From Candidatus Poribacteria bacterium (GTDB taxonomy: Bacteria; Poribacteria; WGA-4E; PCPOR2b): DNA of 64,000 bases. Position numbers and translations under genes: made by a program. The notes beneath the pieces were generated by a model, which made no database searches, was not told the origin of the DNA, and worked only from the letters and a program-made list of their open reading frames with translations. This document shows, piece after piece, positions 1-10,273 of the stretch (position 1 is its first letter; each line of letters begins with the position of its first letter). The DNA is taken from contig OZ244042.1 of the NCBI GenBank assembly GCA_965215015.1, positions 5,056,001-5,120,000 of the forward strand, written 5' to 3'.

Positions 1-249
1 TACTACCCACCACAACCCCGCGCTGTCATTGAATTGATCAACCCCGACAACTCAGAAGAATCTGTTGACTACGGCGAAACGGGGCGAGTGATGTTGACCA
101 CACTGACGCACGAGTTTTTCATGCCGCGTTTTCTTGAAAGAGATGAAGCGGAGCGGGCTCAACCCATTGAACAGTATCCGTGGGACGGCGTTCAAAATCT
201 ACGGCTGCTCTCGGATCTTCAGGAGTCTGTTGTGGTGGGAGTGTATTAA
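1..249 (+). CDS. C-terminal part of a LuxE/PaaK-like acyl-adenylate-forming (acyl-protein synthetase-like) protein, 5' end outside window
   Basis: Frame 1 is open from base 1 (YYPPQPRAVIELINPD...VDYGETGRVMLTTLT...RFLERD). GExGRVxLTTL and RFLERD resemble LuxE/PaaK C-terminal motifs. Confidence 0.65.
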   Translation, partial: YYPPQPRAVIELINPDNSEESVDYGETGRVMLTTLTHEFFMPRFLERDEAERAQPIEQYPWDGVQNLRLLSDLQESVVVGVY

Positions 250-402
250 CTCGGAAGCTGGGTTCACCGGTTCCAATGAATTTCTGAACCACCCCAAAGA
301 CTTATGAGCCAAGACTCGCCATGCTCCATACCATTGTGTTTCCGAGGCTGGAAGATTATGTGCCAAAAGGGGCAACCGTTGAAAATAGGAAATATTTGAA
401 GA

Positions 403-1855
403 ATGTCAGTTGATGCTATCCAAGAGACTAAGAGAGCCAAAAATACCCAAACCGATATCCTTTTGGGACAGATAGAGGAACTCGATAAATCCCTAACCGA
501 ATATTTCCCCGATACGTTCGTCGTTGATAATGCTTTGACCAGAAAACTGGTCAGTTTCCAAGCGAATAAGGCCCGGACATATTATAGATGGTACAAATAC
601 TAAAGAGGCGTTTTCTGCGGATTTGGTGGAATATCTTTTTCGCAAGTATCGGGTAATAAAGGGTAAAATTCTCGATCCTTTTGCGGGTGCGGGGACCGCT
701 TTATTTGTCTGCTCCTCTCTGGGTTATGGCTCTGAAGGCATTGAACTCCTACCAATCGGGCAAAGAATCATACAAGCAAATGCGTTCGCTAGAAGCGTGA
801 ATAAACAAAGTATTGTTTCTGGATTAGAAAGCTGGGCACTTCAAAAGCCTTGGAACACTGAAGGTGAAATTAAGGATTTTGAAGTGCTTCGCATAACCAA
901 TGGTGCGTATCCTCAAAAAACACACCACAAAATCGGAAGGTATCTAAATGAGTTGGAGGGTGAACCCTCAGAAACAAGAGAGATACTACTGTTTGCCCTA
1001 CTATGCGTTCTGGAATCGATAAGCTATACAAGGAAAGATGGGCAGTACCTCCGCTGGGATTACAGATCCGGACGTAGAAATGGTAAGAACCCTTTCGACA
1101 AAGGAAAAATTTTGCCATTCGATGAAGCCATTGTAGAAAAACTCAACGAGATAAAAGATGATATGAACCTTGGGGATGGTGCAGGCAATCTATTCTCATC
1201 TATGCAGAAGGATATACACGCAGGTGATGTAAATTTATTAAAAGGTTCATGCTTAGAGTTGCTACCGAAATTGGGAAGCCGAGCTTATTCTGGAATAATT
1301 ACGTCACCGCCCTACTGCAATCGTTATGATTATACACGCACCTATGCCTTAGAACACGCCCTGCTCGGGGTCAACGAAATTGGATTAATGCACTTGCGGC
1401 AAGCGATGTTAAGTTGCACAGTAGAAAATAAAGCCAAAGCACTAATTGACTTAAATCCCAAATGGCAAACGGCAATAAGTATTTGTGATAGCTTACCTTT
1501 ATTACAAGGGATATTGAACTATCTGGATTATAAAAAAGAGAAAAAAGAACTCAATAACAGTGGGATTGCCCGTATGATGAGGGGTTATTTTTATGAGATG
1601 GCTTGTGTTATCCAAGAATGTTACCGAGTATTGGATAAAGACAGCATGATGTTCATGGTTAATGATAATGTTAGATACGCTGGAGCTGCAATATCTGTAG
1701 ATATAATCCTCTCAAAAATAGCCAAGGACATTGGATTTCAGATAGAAAAAATCCTTGTTCTGCCTCAAGGTAAGGGAAATAGCTCCCAACAAATGGGTAA
1801 GCACGGACGCGAAGCGTTGAGAAAGTGTGTCTATGTCTGGAAAAAGGATAAATAG
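403..1855 (+). pseudogene. Amino (N4-cytosine-type) DNA methyltransferase, AvaI/BsoBI-like, split by a +1 frameshift at about 601
   Basis: Removing one T at 601 joins YYRWYKY to KEAFSADLVEY, restoring a WYKYKEAFS motif. The downstream ORF has DPFAGAGT (SAM binding) and TSPPY (catalytic). The segment is visibly AT-richer than its flanks. Confidence 0.8.
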
Positions 1856-1897
1856 ATGCCGTTTAATAACCACTTGGATTCTTACGAAGATTTATAG
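1856..1897 (+). pseudogene. 13-codon stub of an AvaI/BsoBI-like restriction endonuclease
   Basis: ATG directly after the MTase stop gives MPFNNHLDSYEDL*, which resembles the N-terminus I recall for BsoBI/AvaI (PFENHLKSVDDL-like). The stop TAG coincides with the start of a repeat element (taggagttac...). Confidence 0.55.
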
Positions 1898-2020
1898 GAG
1901 TTACACACGTGAGTTTGTAGTAGCACAATTCATTGTGCGTTTTTAAGGGAGTTGGCATACGCTGTATGTCGTACCCCCTAAAGAGCCGATTTCCTCGCTT
2001 GCGGGGAGGGGTTAGGGGGG
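1895..2020. repeat. MITE-end/REP mosaic
   Basis: taggagttacacacgtgagtttgtagtagcacaattc matches 50498 (taggagttacgctcttgagtttgtagt) and the reverse complement of 40086-40119. It is followed by the cctcgcttgcggggagggttaggggg hairpin family also seen at about 39990, 47025 and 61925. Confidence 0.7.
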
Positions 2021-2080
2021 CCACATTTCACCCACCGTATTTCATACTTCAGATAGACAAAGAAAGCGAGGTTACATTTT

Positions 2081-3832
2081 ATGCAGATGAGACCTATTAC
2101 AGCGAATCCATCTCAGGTTATGGTTGAGCAACTTGCGACGTCGGGTGTGAAATATGTGTTCAATAACTCAGGCTCGCGCGAGGCACGCTTTTTCGATGCG
2201 CTGCACGTGCACCCAGATATACACGGCATTTTGGCACTCCATGAGGGCAGCGTTGCGGCGCAGGCCGGCGGTTATACGCAGGCAAATCTCGATCCAGGGG
2301 TCATGCTAGTCCATCTCGGTGCCGGGCTTGCCCAATGCTTAGGACAGCTCATCAACGTTTGGGCCGGCAGTCTGCCCGTCGTCGTTATCACCTTTGCGGG
2401 AGATACCGGCAGCTATGCCGATCGGATTGGACTCGATCTGAGTCATGATTTCGGACCGACATCGATCGCTGCGCCTTTTACCAAGCAAAACTGGACTGTA
2501 ATCGAACCCGACGGACTGCCGCAAGCAATTCATCGCGCCTTACTGGTCGCCAAAACGCCGCCGGTGGGACCCGTTCATCTTGCCGTTTATGATCGGGTGC
2601 TTGGACCCGAACAAATAACGACAAACATTATTGAAGGAGAACTCCCCGACCTCCATGCGGGTTATCCATCAGATAGCGATGTTGAGAAGATTGAATCTGC
2701 CTTGCACCACGCGAAGTCTCCCCTCTTTTATATTGGCGATGGGGTTTGGAAAAGCGGCGCAGAAGCCCAAGTCGCTGCAATCGCTGAACATTTTGGCGTT
2801 CCCTTTGTCGGGAGTTGGGGGAGAGGCATTTCAACAACGCATAAACTCAATTGCGGACGGATGGATCAGGCGGCAAGTGCCCTTCAACCAGACCTGATCG
2901 TTTGTATCGGTATGCGGCACGGGGGCGGTGGGAAGCCGGGGGATTTCGGCACATTTGCCAAAGCGAAACAGGTTATCGCCATTGGTCCGGATATCGAGCA
3001 TGTTAAAAATATCCCCAATCTAGATTTGGCGATTCTGGCGGACGAGTGTCGGACCTTTGAGCGACTGGCGGAATTGGCGGCGAGCCATTCGACCCCAAAA
3101 CATTTTGCCGAGCGAGGTGCTTGGGCGCAGGAACGAGCTGCAGCACTTCGTACACAACGATTAAAGGACGCACAACGAAGTGAGCCACAACCGAACCAAG
3201 TCCGACCGTGGCTGCTTGCGGATGCCCTCGACAAGGCTCTGGAACGTCGTGGCGGCGGGATGGTAATGGTTGAACAGTATGTGGTCCCCTTGGATACTAT
3301 AGGCGGGTCGGAGGGTGGTGGCAAGAATACATATATTCGGGCCGCCGGTGGTTCTGAGGGCTACGGCATCGGCGGGGCGGTCGGCTTGAAATTGGCAGCA
3401 CCGGACAAGCCGGTCGTCGGGTTGGTCGGGGACGGTTCAATGTTCTACGCGGATTCAGGACTTTGGACAGCAGCGCATCATGGCGTCCCGATTCTTTACA
3501 TCATTTCCAACAACCAATCCTACGGCGTCGTCGCATCCTCCTTTGGACGTGCAAATGGGGTGATGAAGGAGACCGGGGAATATGCCGGCGTTGTCCTGGA
3601 CGGAATTGACCCCGTGAAACTCGCCGAGGGGTTTGGTGTGGACGGTATGCACGTCCAAGATGAATCTCGGCTTGCCGCAGCGATTGATCATGGACTGAAC
3701 GTGGTTGAAGGGGAAAATCGCCCATTTCTTTTAAATGTGCGTCTACCGTTAGGAGTGCCAGAAGGCGGACGGGCAGCGGCGCAATTCCGACTTGCGGACG
3801 CTGTAGCGACGACTCAAGCTCGCGCAGCTTAG
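2081..3832 (+). CDS. Thiamine pyrophosphate-binding enzyme (benzoylformate decarboxylase/acetolactate synthase-like)
   Basis: N-terminal LHEG motif; TPP-binding GDGS...NNQSY motif; 583 aa. Confidence 0.85.
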   Translation: MQMRPITANPSQVMVEQLATSGVKYVFNNSGSREARFFDALHVHPDIHGILALHEGSVAAQAGGYTQANLDPGVMLVHLGAGLAQCLGQLINVWAGSLPVVVITFAGDTGSYADRIGLDLSHDFGPTSIAAPFTKQNWTVIEPDGLPQAIHRALLVAKTPPVGPVHLAVYDRVLGPEQITTNIIEGELPDLHAGYPSDSDVEKIESALHHAKSPLFYIGDGVWKSGAEAQVAAIAEHFGVPFVGSWGRGISTTHKLNCGRMDQAASALQPDLIVCIGMRHGGGGKPGDFGTFAKAKQVIAIGPDIEHVKNIPNLDLAILADECRTFERLAELAASHSTPKHFAERGAWAQERAAALRTQRLKDAQRSEPQPNQVRPWLLADALDKALERRGGGMVMVEQYVVPLDTIGGSEGGGKNTYIRAAGGSEGYGIGGAVGLKLAAPDKPVVGLVGDGSMFYADSGLWTAAHHGVPILYIISNNQSYGVVASSFGRANGVMKETGEYAGVVLDGIDPVKLAEGFGVDGMHVQDESRLAAAIDHGLNVVEGENRPFLLNVRLPLGVPEGGRAAAQFRLADAVATTQARAA

Positions 3833-4032
3833 TAACCTTTGGTGCGAGTTGGTGAGTTGTCGTTTCCATGTCGTTCAAGAGTTCATTCGTTCATTACACC
3901 ATGACGAGCAAACAAGATGATTTACCTTCCCTATTTCCGGTCTTCACGTTCCACTTTTGGTCTTTGACTGGGGTGCCTGTCAGCAGCTGCAAACTTGCAC
4001 CATTGATTCTATATGCACAGGATATATTTATT

Positions 4033-5460
4033 ATGATACACATTCCGATTTTGCGGGCTGGACTTGCTTATAAAAGTTTGAATCTGGTCCGCGTCTCACA
4101 CATCCAAACAGGTGAACCACTTGCAATTGTAAGTCAGGCAAATCGCGGGTTGATTGCAAAGGATTTGAGTCAAGCCAAAGAACATAAACGCGCCCTCGAA
4201 AGTCTGTCTGTATCAGAACTTTTGGCAATCTGTAAAAAAGCTGCCAACCTTTTTATGAAATCAGAACTGCCTCTGGACGATACGCTGCAATCGCCCGATG
4301 ACTATATTCAGCAGGTCTCTGGAACGACGGGCTTGCCTCAAAGCCTCTGCCGCAAAAATATGCAGAAAATCCGGTTGGTCTTGGACGAAATGGAGGCAGT
4401 ACTGGATGGACTCACACGCGGATTGGATCTATCCATCATCAATTCCGGCTGGGGCACCCAAAACAAACGCCCGTTGAGCTACATGCCTCAAACGGATACA
4501 TTGGGGGCGGTGCTTCCGAGCAACTCCCCAGGCGTACATTCCCTTTGGCTGCCAGCGATTCCGCTCAAAACACCGGTCGTTCTCAAGCCCGGCAGCGAGG
4601 AACCGTGGACGCCTTTCCGTATAGCGCAGGCTTTTATTGAAGCAGACTGTCCGCTCGAAGCATTTGGATTCTACCCTACGGATTATTCGGGTGCCGCTGA
4701 TATCCTGCTGCATTGCGGCAAATCTCTGCTATTTGGCGGCGGTTCGACAGTCGCACCATGGCAGACGAATCCCAACGTGCAAATCCACGGACCGGGGCAG
4801 AGTAAAATTATTATCGCCGATGACAGAATCCCGCGGTGGGAAGAATATCTCGACCTCATGGTCAGTTCGATCGCTGAAAATGGTGGACGGTCTTGCATCA
4901 ACGCCTCCGGTGTCTGGGTTCCATCACATGGACGTGAAATCGCAGAGACGTTGGCGAAACGTTTGGCGCGCATCACCCCAAAACCTTTAGATGATTCGAA
5001 CGCCCAAATCGCCGCTTTCACAAACCCAAAAGTTGCCGAGGGAATTTCCAATCTTATTGACAACCAACTAAAAGTTCCCGGCGCAACGGATGTGACAGCC
5101 AAGTATCAAGACGGACGCCGGGTGGTTGAGAAAGCCGGATGCACCTTCCTCAGTCCGACGGTCATTTGGTGTGAAGATCCGGAACATCCACTAGCAAACA
5201 CAGAGTTTTTATTTCCCTTCGTCAGTGTAGTGGAGACCCCACAAGGGGAGATATTAGACCGTATCGGGCCAAGTCTTGTGGTTACTGCTATCACGGAAGA
5301 TGAGGCATTTATCGTTGATCTCCATCGTTCTCCGGATGTGGAACGTCTAAATATAGGTTCCATTTCGACGAATCAGATTTCGTGGGATCAACCGCATGAA
5401 GGAAATTTGTTTGATTTTCTTTATCAGCAACGAGCGTTACAAGTGAATCGTGGACAGTAA
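4033..5460 (+). CDS. Aldehyde dehydrogenase-superfamily / LuxC-like acyl reductase
   Basis: PSNSP, VVLKPG, catalytic GRSCINAS, EFLFP motifs. Start set at MIHIPILR; the upstream extension looks non-coding. Confidence 0.8.
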   Translation: MIHIPILRAGLAYKSLNLVRVSHIQTGEPLAIVSQANRGLIAKDLSQAKEHKRALESLSVSELLAICKKAANLFMKSELPLDDTLQSPDDYIQQVSGTTGLPQSLCRKNMQKIRLVLDEMEAVLDGLTRGLDLSIINSGWGTQNKRPLSYMPQTDTLGAVLPSNSPGVHSLWLPAIPLKTPVVLKPGSEEPWTPFRIAQAFIEADCPLEAFGFYPTDYSGAADILLHCGKSLLFGGGSTVAPWQTNPNVQIHGPGQSKIIIADDRIPRWEEYLDLMVSSIAENGGRSCINASGVWVPSHGREIAETLAKRLARITPKPLDDSNAQIAAFTNPKVAEGISNLIDNQLKVPGATDVTAKYQDGRRVVEKAGCTFLSPTVIWCEDPEHPLANTEFLFPFVSVVETPQGEILDRIGPSLVVTAITEDEAFIVDLHRSPDVERLNIGSISTNQISWDQPHEGNLFDFLYQQRALQVNRGQ

Positions 5461-5483
5461 AAACGATATAGACCCAGGATAAA

Positions 5484-5636
5484 ATGCACTTAGACATCGG
5501 GCCAAAAGATACAACACTGGAAGCTGCTCGTATGCAGTTTTCAATTTTGCGTAAAATAGATATGGAAGGTCGGGGCCGTATGGTTATTAAGCTAAGCGAT
5601 GGACTGCGTTCTATTATTCCATCAAGCCTATCTTGA
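5484..5636 (+). pseudogene. Truncated small antitoxin-like protein (DTTxEAARxQFxILR type)
   Basis: 50-aa ORF MHLDIGPKDTTLEAARMQFSILRKIDMEGRGRMVIKLSDGLRS...; resembles small proteins usually paired with nucleotidyltransferases; C-terminus appears missing. Confidence 0.35.
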
Positions 5637-5862
5637 CATTGAGGTTAGCAGCTAAGGAGTCAGGTTGCTCTAGTTGTCTATGCCTCTAGAGAGCCGCATT
5701 CCATCTCGACTACACCGAATTTCCTGATTCGTTGGAATCAGATCCAATAGATGGAATTCAAAACACCATGGGACTGCGCTATCTTGGGTCAGACTGCCCT
5801 AATCCTACGCAATTTTCGGCATCCATCGAACCCCAAAATCAATCCATAACAGGAGAGTATTC

Positions 5863-6609
5863 ATGATCTTAGCAGAAATGACCTCACCCGAAGTTGATGC
5901 CCTGCCACGCGATATTGTGGTGCTGATGCCGGTGGCATCTTGTGAACAACATAGCCTGCACCTGCCAGTATTTACGGACAGCCTGATCGGACAAGAGGTG
6001 GCGAGTCGTGTCCATAAACGCTGTCCGGATGATGTTCTCGTCTTACCGATGCAGTGGCTCGGATACTCTCAGCACCACATACGGTATCCCGGCACGGTCA
6101 GTGCTATATCCGAAACCCATCTGATGCTGATGATGGACATCGTCGCTTCTATGGTAGGACACGGTTTCAAGAAGATTCTCATCCAGAACAGTCACGGCGG
6201 CAACGGTGCGAATATTTCGGTCCTCCTCCAGCGTTTGATGGAGCGTTATGGCGATAGCGGCGCGGAATTTTATTCTCGTTGGGCTTGGGCAAGCGGTGGA
6301 GTACTTGATGAAATTCGTGAGTTGGGCGGAGCAGGCTCAGGACATGCAGGGGAAACTGAGACCTGTATGATTATGGCAATCAACCCCAGTCTCGTTCGCA
6401 CAGATCGGTTGGATCCCGACGGGGAGCGCGACGGGATGCGTGTGGCAGGAATGTCCTCTTACTACCGCTTTGATCAGCGGACCCGGCACGGCGGCGTCGG
6501 TGATCCACGGACTGCAACCGCTGAAAAGGGGGAACGGATGCTAGACGCTTCCGCCGATGAAATCGCTACGCAGATTAAGCAGATCCGGGCGTTGCGACCA
6601 TTCGATTAA
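5863..6609 (+). CDS. Creatininase/creatinine amidohydrolase family protein
   Basis: EQHSLHLP..TD, GYSQHH..YPGT, NSHGGN, HAGETET motifs; RBS aggag. Confidence 0.9.
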   Translation: MILAEMTSPEVDALPRDIVVLMPVASCEQHSLHLPVFTDSLIGQEVASRVHKRCPDDVLVLPMQWLGYSQHHIRYPGTVSAISETHLMLMMDIVASMVGHGFKKILIQNSHGGNGANISVLLQRLMERYGDSGAEFYSRWAWASGGVLDEIRELGGAGSGHAGETETCMIMAINPSLVRTDRLDPDGERDGMRVAGMSSYYRFDQRTRHGGVGDPRTATAEKGERMLDASADEIATQIKQIRALRPFD

Positions 6610-6635
6610 GCCACAAGTCTTACGTTCTAAGCAAA

Positions 6636-7745
6636 ATGCAATCATTCGATTTTCAATCTAGCACCCGCGTCGTTTTCGGCGAAAATACCTTAGACCAATT
6701 GGGGGACCTAACGAAAGAGCTAAGGGGGAGGCGGGTGCTCGTTGTCACCGACCCCGGCATCGTCAGGGCAGGCATACTGGAAAGAGCACTTGATTCTCTG
6801 AAAATGGCACACCTTCAGGCCTTTGTCTTCGGCGGTGTTGAGGAAAACCCGACAAGCCAACATGTTGCAGAGGGAGTCCGATTTGCCAAAGATCGGGGAG
6901 GGATTGATCTGCTCATCGGACTTGGGGGTGGAAGCGCGATGGACTGCGCCAAAGGGATTAACTTCATCTTGACAAATGGTGGACGGATGGAGGACTATTG
7001 GGGGATGGACAAAGCAACTAAGCCGATGCTCCCCTCTATTGGTATCCCGACAACCGCCGGTACCGGCAGCGAAGCACAATCTTTCGCTTTAATCGCCCAA
7101 GAGGCTACGCATCAGAAAATGGCATGCGGCGACAAAAAAGCCCGATTCCGAACAGTCATTCTCGATCCAGTCTTGACCACAACCACTCCAGAGGGGGTTA
7201 CAGCCGCTACAGGTATTGATGCCATTTCCCATGCGGTGGAAAGCTATGTCTCCACACGGCGTACTCCCATCTCGCAGATGTTCGCCAAAGAAGCATGGTG
7301 GTTGTTGGAAAAGAGCTTTGACGTTGTGGTCGGCACCCCAGAAAATATAGAAGCCCGAAGCCGAATGCTTCTGGGAGCGCATTTGGCGGGTACTGCGATC
7401 GAAAACTCCATGCTCGGTGCCGCACATGCCTGCGCCAACCCCTTGACCGCTAGATATAATATCACACACGGTATCGCAGTCGGACTGATGCTGCCCAGTG
7501 TAGTCCGCTTTAACAACCAAGCGGTGAGTACGCTTTATCAGGAATTATGCCCTTCGCCGCTGCACGAACGCGTTGCCGAATTAAAAGCTGTGGCAGGACT
7601 ACCCGAACGGTTAAGAGATTTTGGAGTTCAGCAGGAAGATTTGCCCCAATTGGCAAAAGAAGCAGCAAAGCAATGGACAGGGAAATTTAACCCACGGCAG
7701 GTCAACGAATTTGAATTACTAGAACTTTATGAATCAACTTATTAA
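6636..7745 (+). CDS. Iron-containing alcohol dehydrogenase
   Basis: GGGSAMD, PTTAGTGSE, DAISHAVE, AHACA, HGIA metal motifs. Confidence 0.92.
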   Translation: MQSFDFQSSTRVVFGENTLDQLGDLTKELRGRRVLVVTDPGIVRAGILERALDSLKMAHLQAFVFGGVEENPTSQHVAEGVRFAKDRGGIDLLIGLGGGSAMDCAKGINFILTNGGRMEDYWGMDKATKPMLPSIGIPTTAGTGSEAQSFALIAQEATHQKMACGDKKARFRTVILDPVLTTTTPEGVTAATGIDAISHAVESYVSTRRTPISQMFAKEAWWLLEKSFDVVVGTPENIEARSRMLLGAHLAGTAIENSMLGAAHACANPLTARYNITHGIAVGLMLPSVVRFNNQAVSTLYQELCPSPLHERVAELKAVAGLPERLRDFGVQQEDLPQLAKEAAKQWTGKFNPRQVNEFELLELYESTY

Positions 7746-8904
7746 TACACAATACGCAAAACGGATTACGTTTCACGTTTCATGTTTCACGTTCTACATT
7801 TTTCTCAGCTATATCCTGATCCATCTTATTGGACAAAGCCAAGCGGCCTCTGATGACTGGCTTAGCTTTCGCGGCAACCCTCAACTCACCGGTGTTGCTA
7901 CCATCGAACTACCCGAAAACCTTGAACTGCTCTGGACATTCGAGACGGAAGATGGAATCGAGTCTACTGCTGCGGTTGCAGCAGGAACGGTTTATGTCGG
8001 AACTTTAGATGGCTACCTGTACGCCATCAATCTTGAAGACGCGGAATTAAAGTGGAAGTATCAGGCGTACGGCGAGATTAAATCTTCTCCCACTATAGCC
8101 AGAAATGTGGTACACTTTGGCGATGGCATGGGCGTCTTTCATGCAGTAGATGCCCAAACGGGTGAACTTAGATGGACCTTTGAAGCCGAGGCTGAGATTA
8201 TTTCATCCGCAAACATTGCTCAAGATCGCCTGCTGTTCGGTTCTTATGACCAGTATCTTTACTGTCTCTCTGCCGAAGATGGTTCGTTAGCCTGGAAATT
8301 CGAGACGGAGGGATATGTACATGGGACGCCAGCAATTGTCAACGGTGCGGTTGTTATTTCAGGGTGCGACGGTTATCTGCGCATCATCAATATCGCTGAT
8401 GGTGTGGAACGGCAAAAAATCGCATTGGGGGATTATGTCGGTGCCAGCCCCGCTATTTTGAACAACCGTGCCTATGCGGGGACTTTTGGGAATCAAGTAT
8501 TGTGCGCGGGACTGGAAAACTCAGAAATTCTTTGGTGGTATCAACACCCAGAGCGACATTTCCCATTCTATGCTTCGGCGGCTGTAACGGAGGAGCTGGT
8601 TGTCATTGGTGGACGTGACAAAATGGTTCACGCGCTGCAACCACAGACAGGCCAACCGCTGTGGATATATCCTGCCAAGTCGCGGGTCGACTCCTCGCCG
8701 GTCATTGTTGGCGAGCGCGTTTTCTTTGGGACCGTGGGCGGAGAACTCGTCGCGTTGAATGTCAATTCAGGCGAAAAAGTCTGGGAATTTGTAATTGGGG
8801 CATCCATTATTGCCTCTCCGAGCGTTGTGGCGGAAAAACTCGTCATTGGCGCAGACGATGGCCGCATATACTGCTTTGGCGAAAGGGAAACAAAAGATGA
8901 CTGA
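7729..8904 (+). CDS. Secreted PQQ-like (BamB-type) beta-propeller repeat protein
   Basis: Signal-like N-terminus; W..FRGN motif; repeated SSP...V..G..DG..YA.D..TG...W blades. Confidence 0.85.
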   Translation: MNQLINTQYAKRITFHVSCFTFYIFLSYILIHLIGQSQAASDDWLSFRGNPQLTGVATIELPENLELLWTFETEDGIESTAAVAAGTVYVGTLDGYLYAINLEDAELKWKYQAYGEIKSSPTIARNVVHFGDGMGVFHAVDAQTGELRWTFEAEAEIISSANIAQDRLLFGSYDQYLYCLSAEDGSLAWKFETEGYVHGTPAIVNGAVVISGCDGYLRIINIADGVERQKIALGDYVGASPAILNNRAYAGTFGNQVLCAGLENSEILWWYQHPERHFPFYASAAVTEELVVIGGRDKMVHALQPQTGQPLWIYPAKSRVDSSPVIVGERVFFGTVGGELVALNVNSGEKVWEFVIGASIIASPSVVAEKLVIGADDGRIYCFGERETKDD

Positions 8905-10243
8905 ACAATTGAAAACAACAACTCCTGAACCAGCGACAACACGGACTGACTCAAAGGAGACGGAGGTCGGAAGTGTTTTTGTTTCAAACTATCCACCCTA
9001 TTCATTTTGGGGAAAAGAATATGTGCGGGAAGCAATAAACGCATTGAATTCACCACCAACCCCGGAAACCTCTTTAGGGCTTTATCTGCATATCCCGTTC
9101 TGCCGTAAACGGTGTAAGTTCTGTTACTTCCGAGTTTACACAGATAAAAATAGCTCCGATATCCAAACCTATCTTGATGTGTTGGGGAAAGAGGTTGAGC
9201 TTTACTCCGAACTTCCATCTGTGGCGGATCGGCCCCTGAAATTCGTTTACTTCGGCGGCGGTACGCCTTCCTACATTAGCAGCAACCACTTAAAAGCACT
9301 GGTCAAACGGATTAAAGCGATAATGCCTTGGGATAGTGCCGAGGAGGTAGCTTTTGAATGTGAACCGGGGACGCTGACACAAGGCAAGTTGGAAGCAATT
9401 AAAGGGATTGGCGTCACCCGGTTGAGCCTCGGCGTTGAAAATCTCAATGACACCATCTTGGCGGAAAATGGACGAGCCCACCTTTCCAAAGAGGTATATC
9501 GGGTGATGCCCTGGATTGCCGCCCTCGAATTTCATCAGGTAAATATAGATCTCATCGCGGGGATGGTAGGGGAAACGTGGGATAGTTGGAGGGATACCGT
9601 CCAGAGAACTATAGACCTGAATCCTGACAGCATCACCGTTTATCAGATGGAATTGCCGTTCAACACCGTTTACTCAAAGGATCTTTTTGGAGGCAAAAAT
9701 CTATTTGTAGCGGATTGGAAAACGAAACGGGAATGGCACCACTATGCGTTTGAGCAATTGGCAGCCGCCGGATATAAGATGTCTAGCGCGTACACAATGG
9801 TAAAAGAGGATAAGCCGGGGAAGTTCGTTTATCGGGACGCGGTCTGGCGCGGCTGCGACATGCTGGGCACAGGCGTTGCTTCTTTCTCTCATATGAGTGG
9901 CGTCCATTTCCAAAATGCACCAAGTTGGGACAACTATGTTAATTCGCTTCATAAAAATCAGTTGCCGCTGGACCGTGCGTTCCCCACCACGCCGGAGGAA
10001 CGTCTGACCCGAGAGATGATACTACAATTAAAGCTGGGCAAAATAGAGACAATCCATTTCCGCGAGAAATTTAATGCCGATATTTTAGAGGCGTTTGGGC
10101 CAACTTACCTGAGACTACAAGATGAGGGGATGCTGACCTTCGACAAAGATACGGTAACGTTGACGCGGAAGGGATTGCTTCGGGTAGATGGGCTGTTGCC
10201 GGAGTTCTACGCTCCCAAATATCAGAATGCGCGGTATACGTAA
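8897..10243 (+). CDS. HemN/HemW-like (class C) radical SAM protein
   Basis: YLHIPFCRKRCKFC (CxxxCxxC), YFGGGTPS, RLSLGVE, NIDLIAG; start overlaps upstream gene. Confidence 0.88.
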   Translation: MTEQLKTTTPEPATTRTDSKETEVGSVFVSNYPPYSFWGKEYVREAINALNSPPTPETSLGLYLHIPFCRKRCKFCYFRVYTDKNSSDIQTYLDVLGKEVELYSELPSVADRPLKFVYFGGGTPSYISSNHLKALVKRIKAIMPWDSAEEVAFECEPGTLTQGKLEAIKGIGVTRLSLGVENLNDTILAENGRAHLSKEVYRVMPWIAALEFHQVNIDLIAGMVGETWDSWRDTVQRTIDLNPDSITVYQMELPFNTVYSKDLFGGKNLFVADWKTKREWHHYAFEQLAAAGYKMSSAYTMVKEDKPGKFVYRDAVWRGCDMLGTGVASFSHMSGVHFQNAPSWDNYVNSLHKNQLPLDRAFPTTPEERLTREMILQLKLGKIETIHFREKFNADILEAFGPTYLRLQDEGMLTFDKDTVTLTRKGLLRVDGLLPEFYAPKYQNARYT

Positions 10244-10273
10244 GGATGGGTTTCCAACCTTCAATCTCCCGAG

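Noticed and set aside
595-625. Programmed frameshift or phase-variable tract in the MTase
   Set aside because: No slippery heptamer or long simple repeat at the site; a point insertion or sequencing error is more likely.
7729-8904. bamB ortholog
   Set aside because: No clear lipobox and no yfgM/der context; several paralogous propellers in the window.
5863-10243. Mycofactocin or other RiPP cluster (creatininase + radical SAM)
   Set aside because: The radical SAM is HemN-type with no SPASM domain; no precursor peptide or RRE gene seen.
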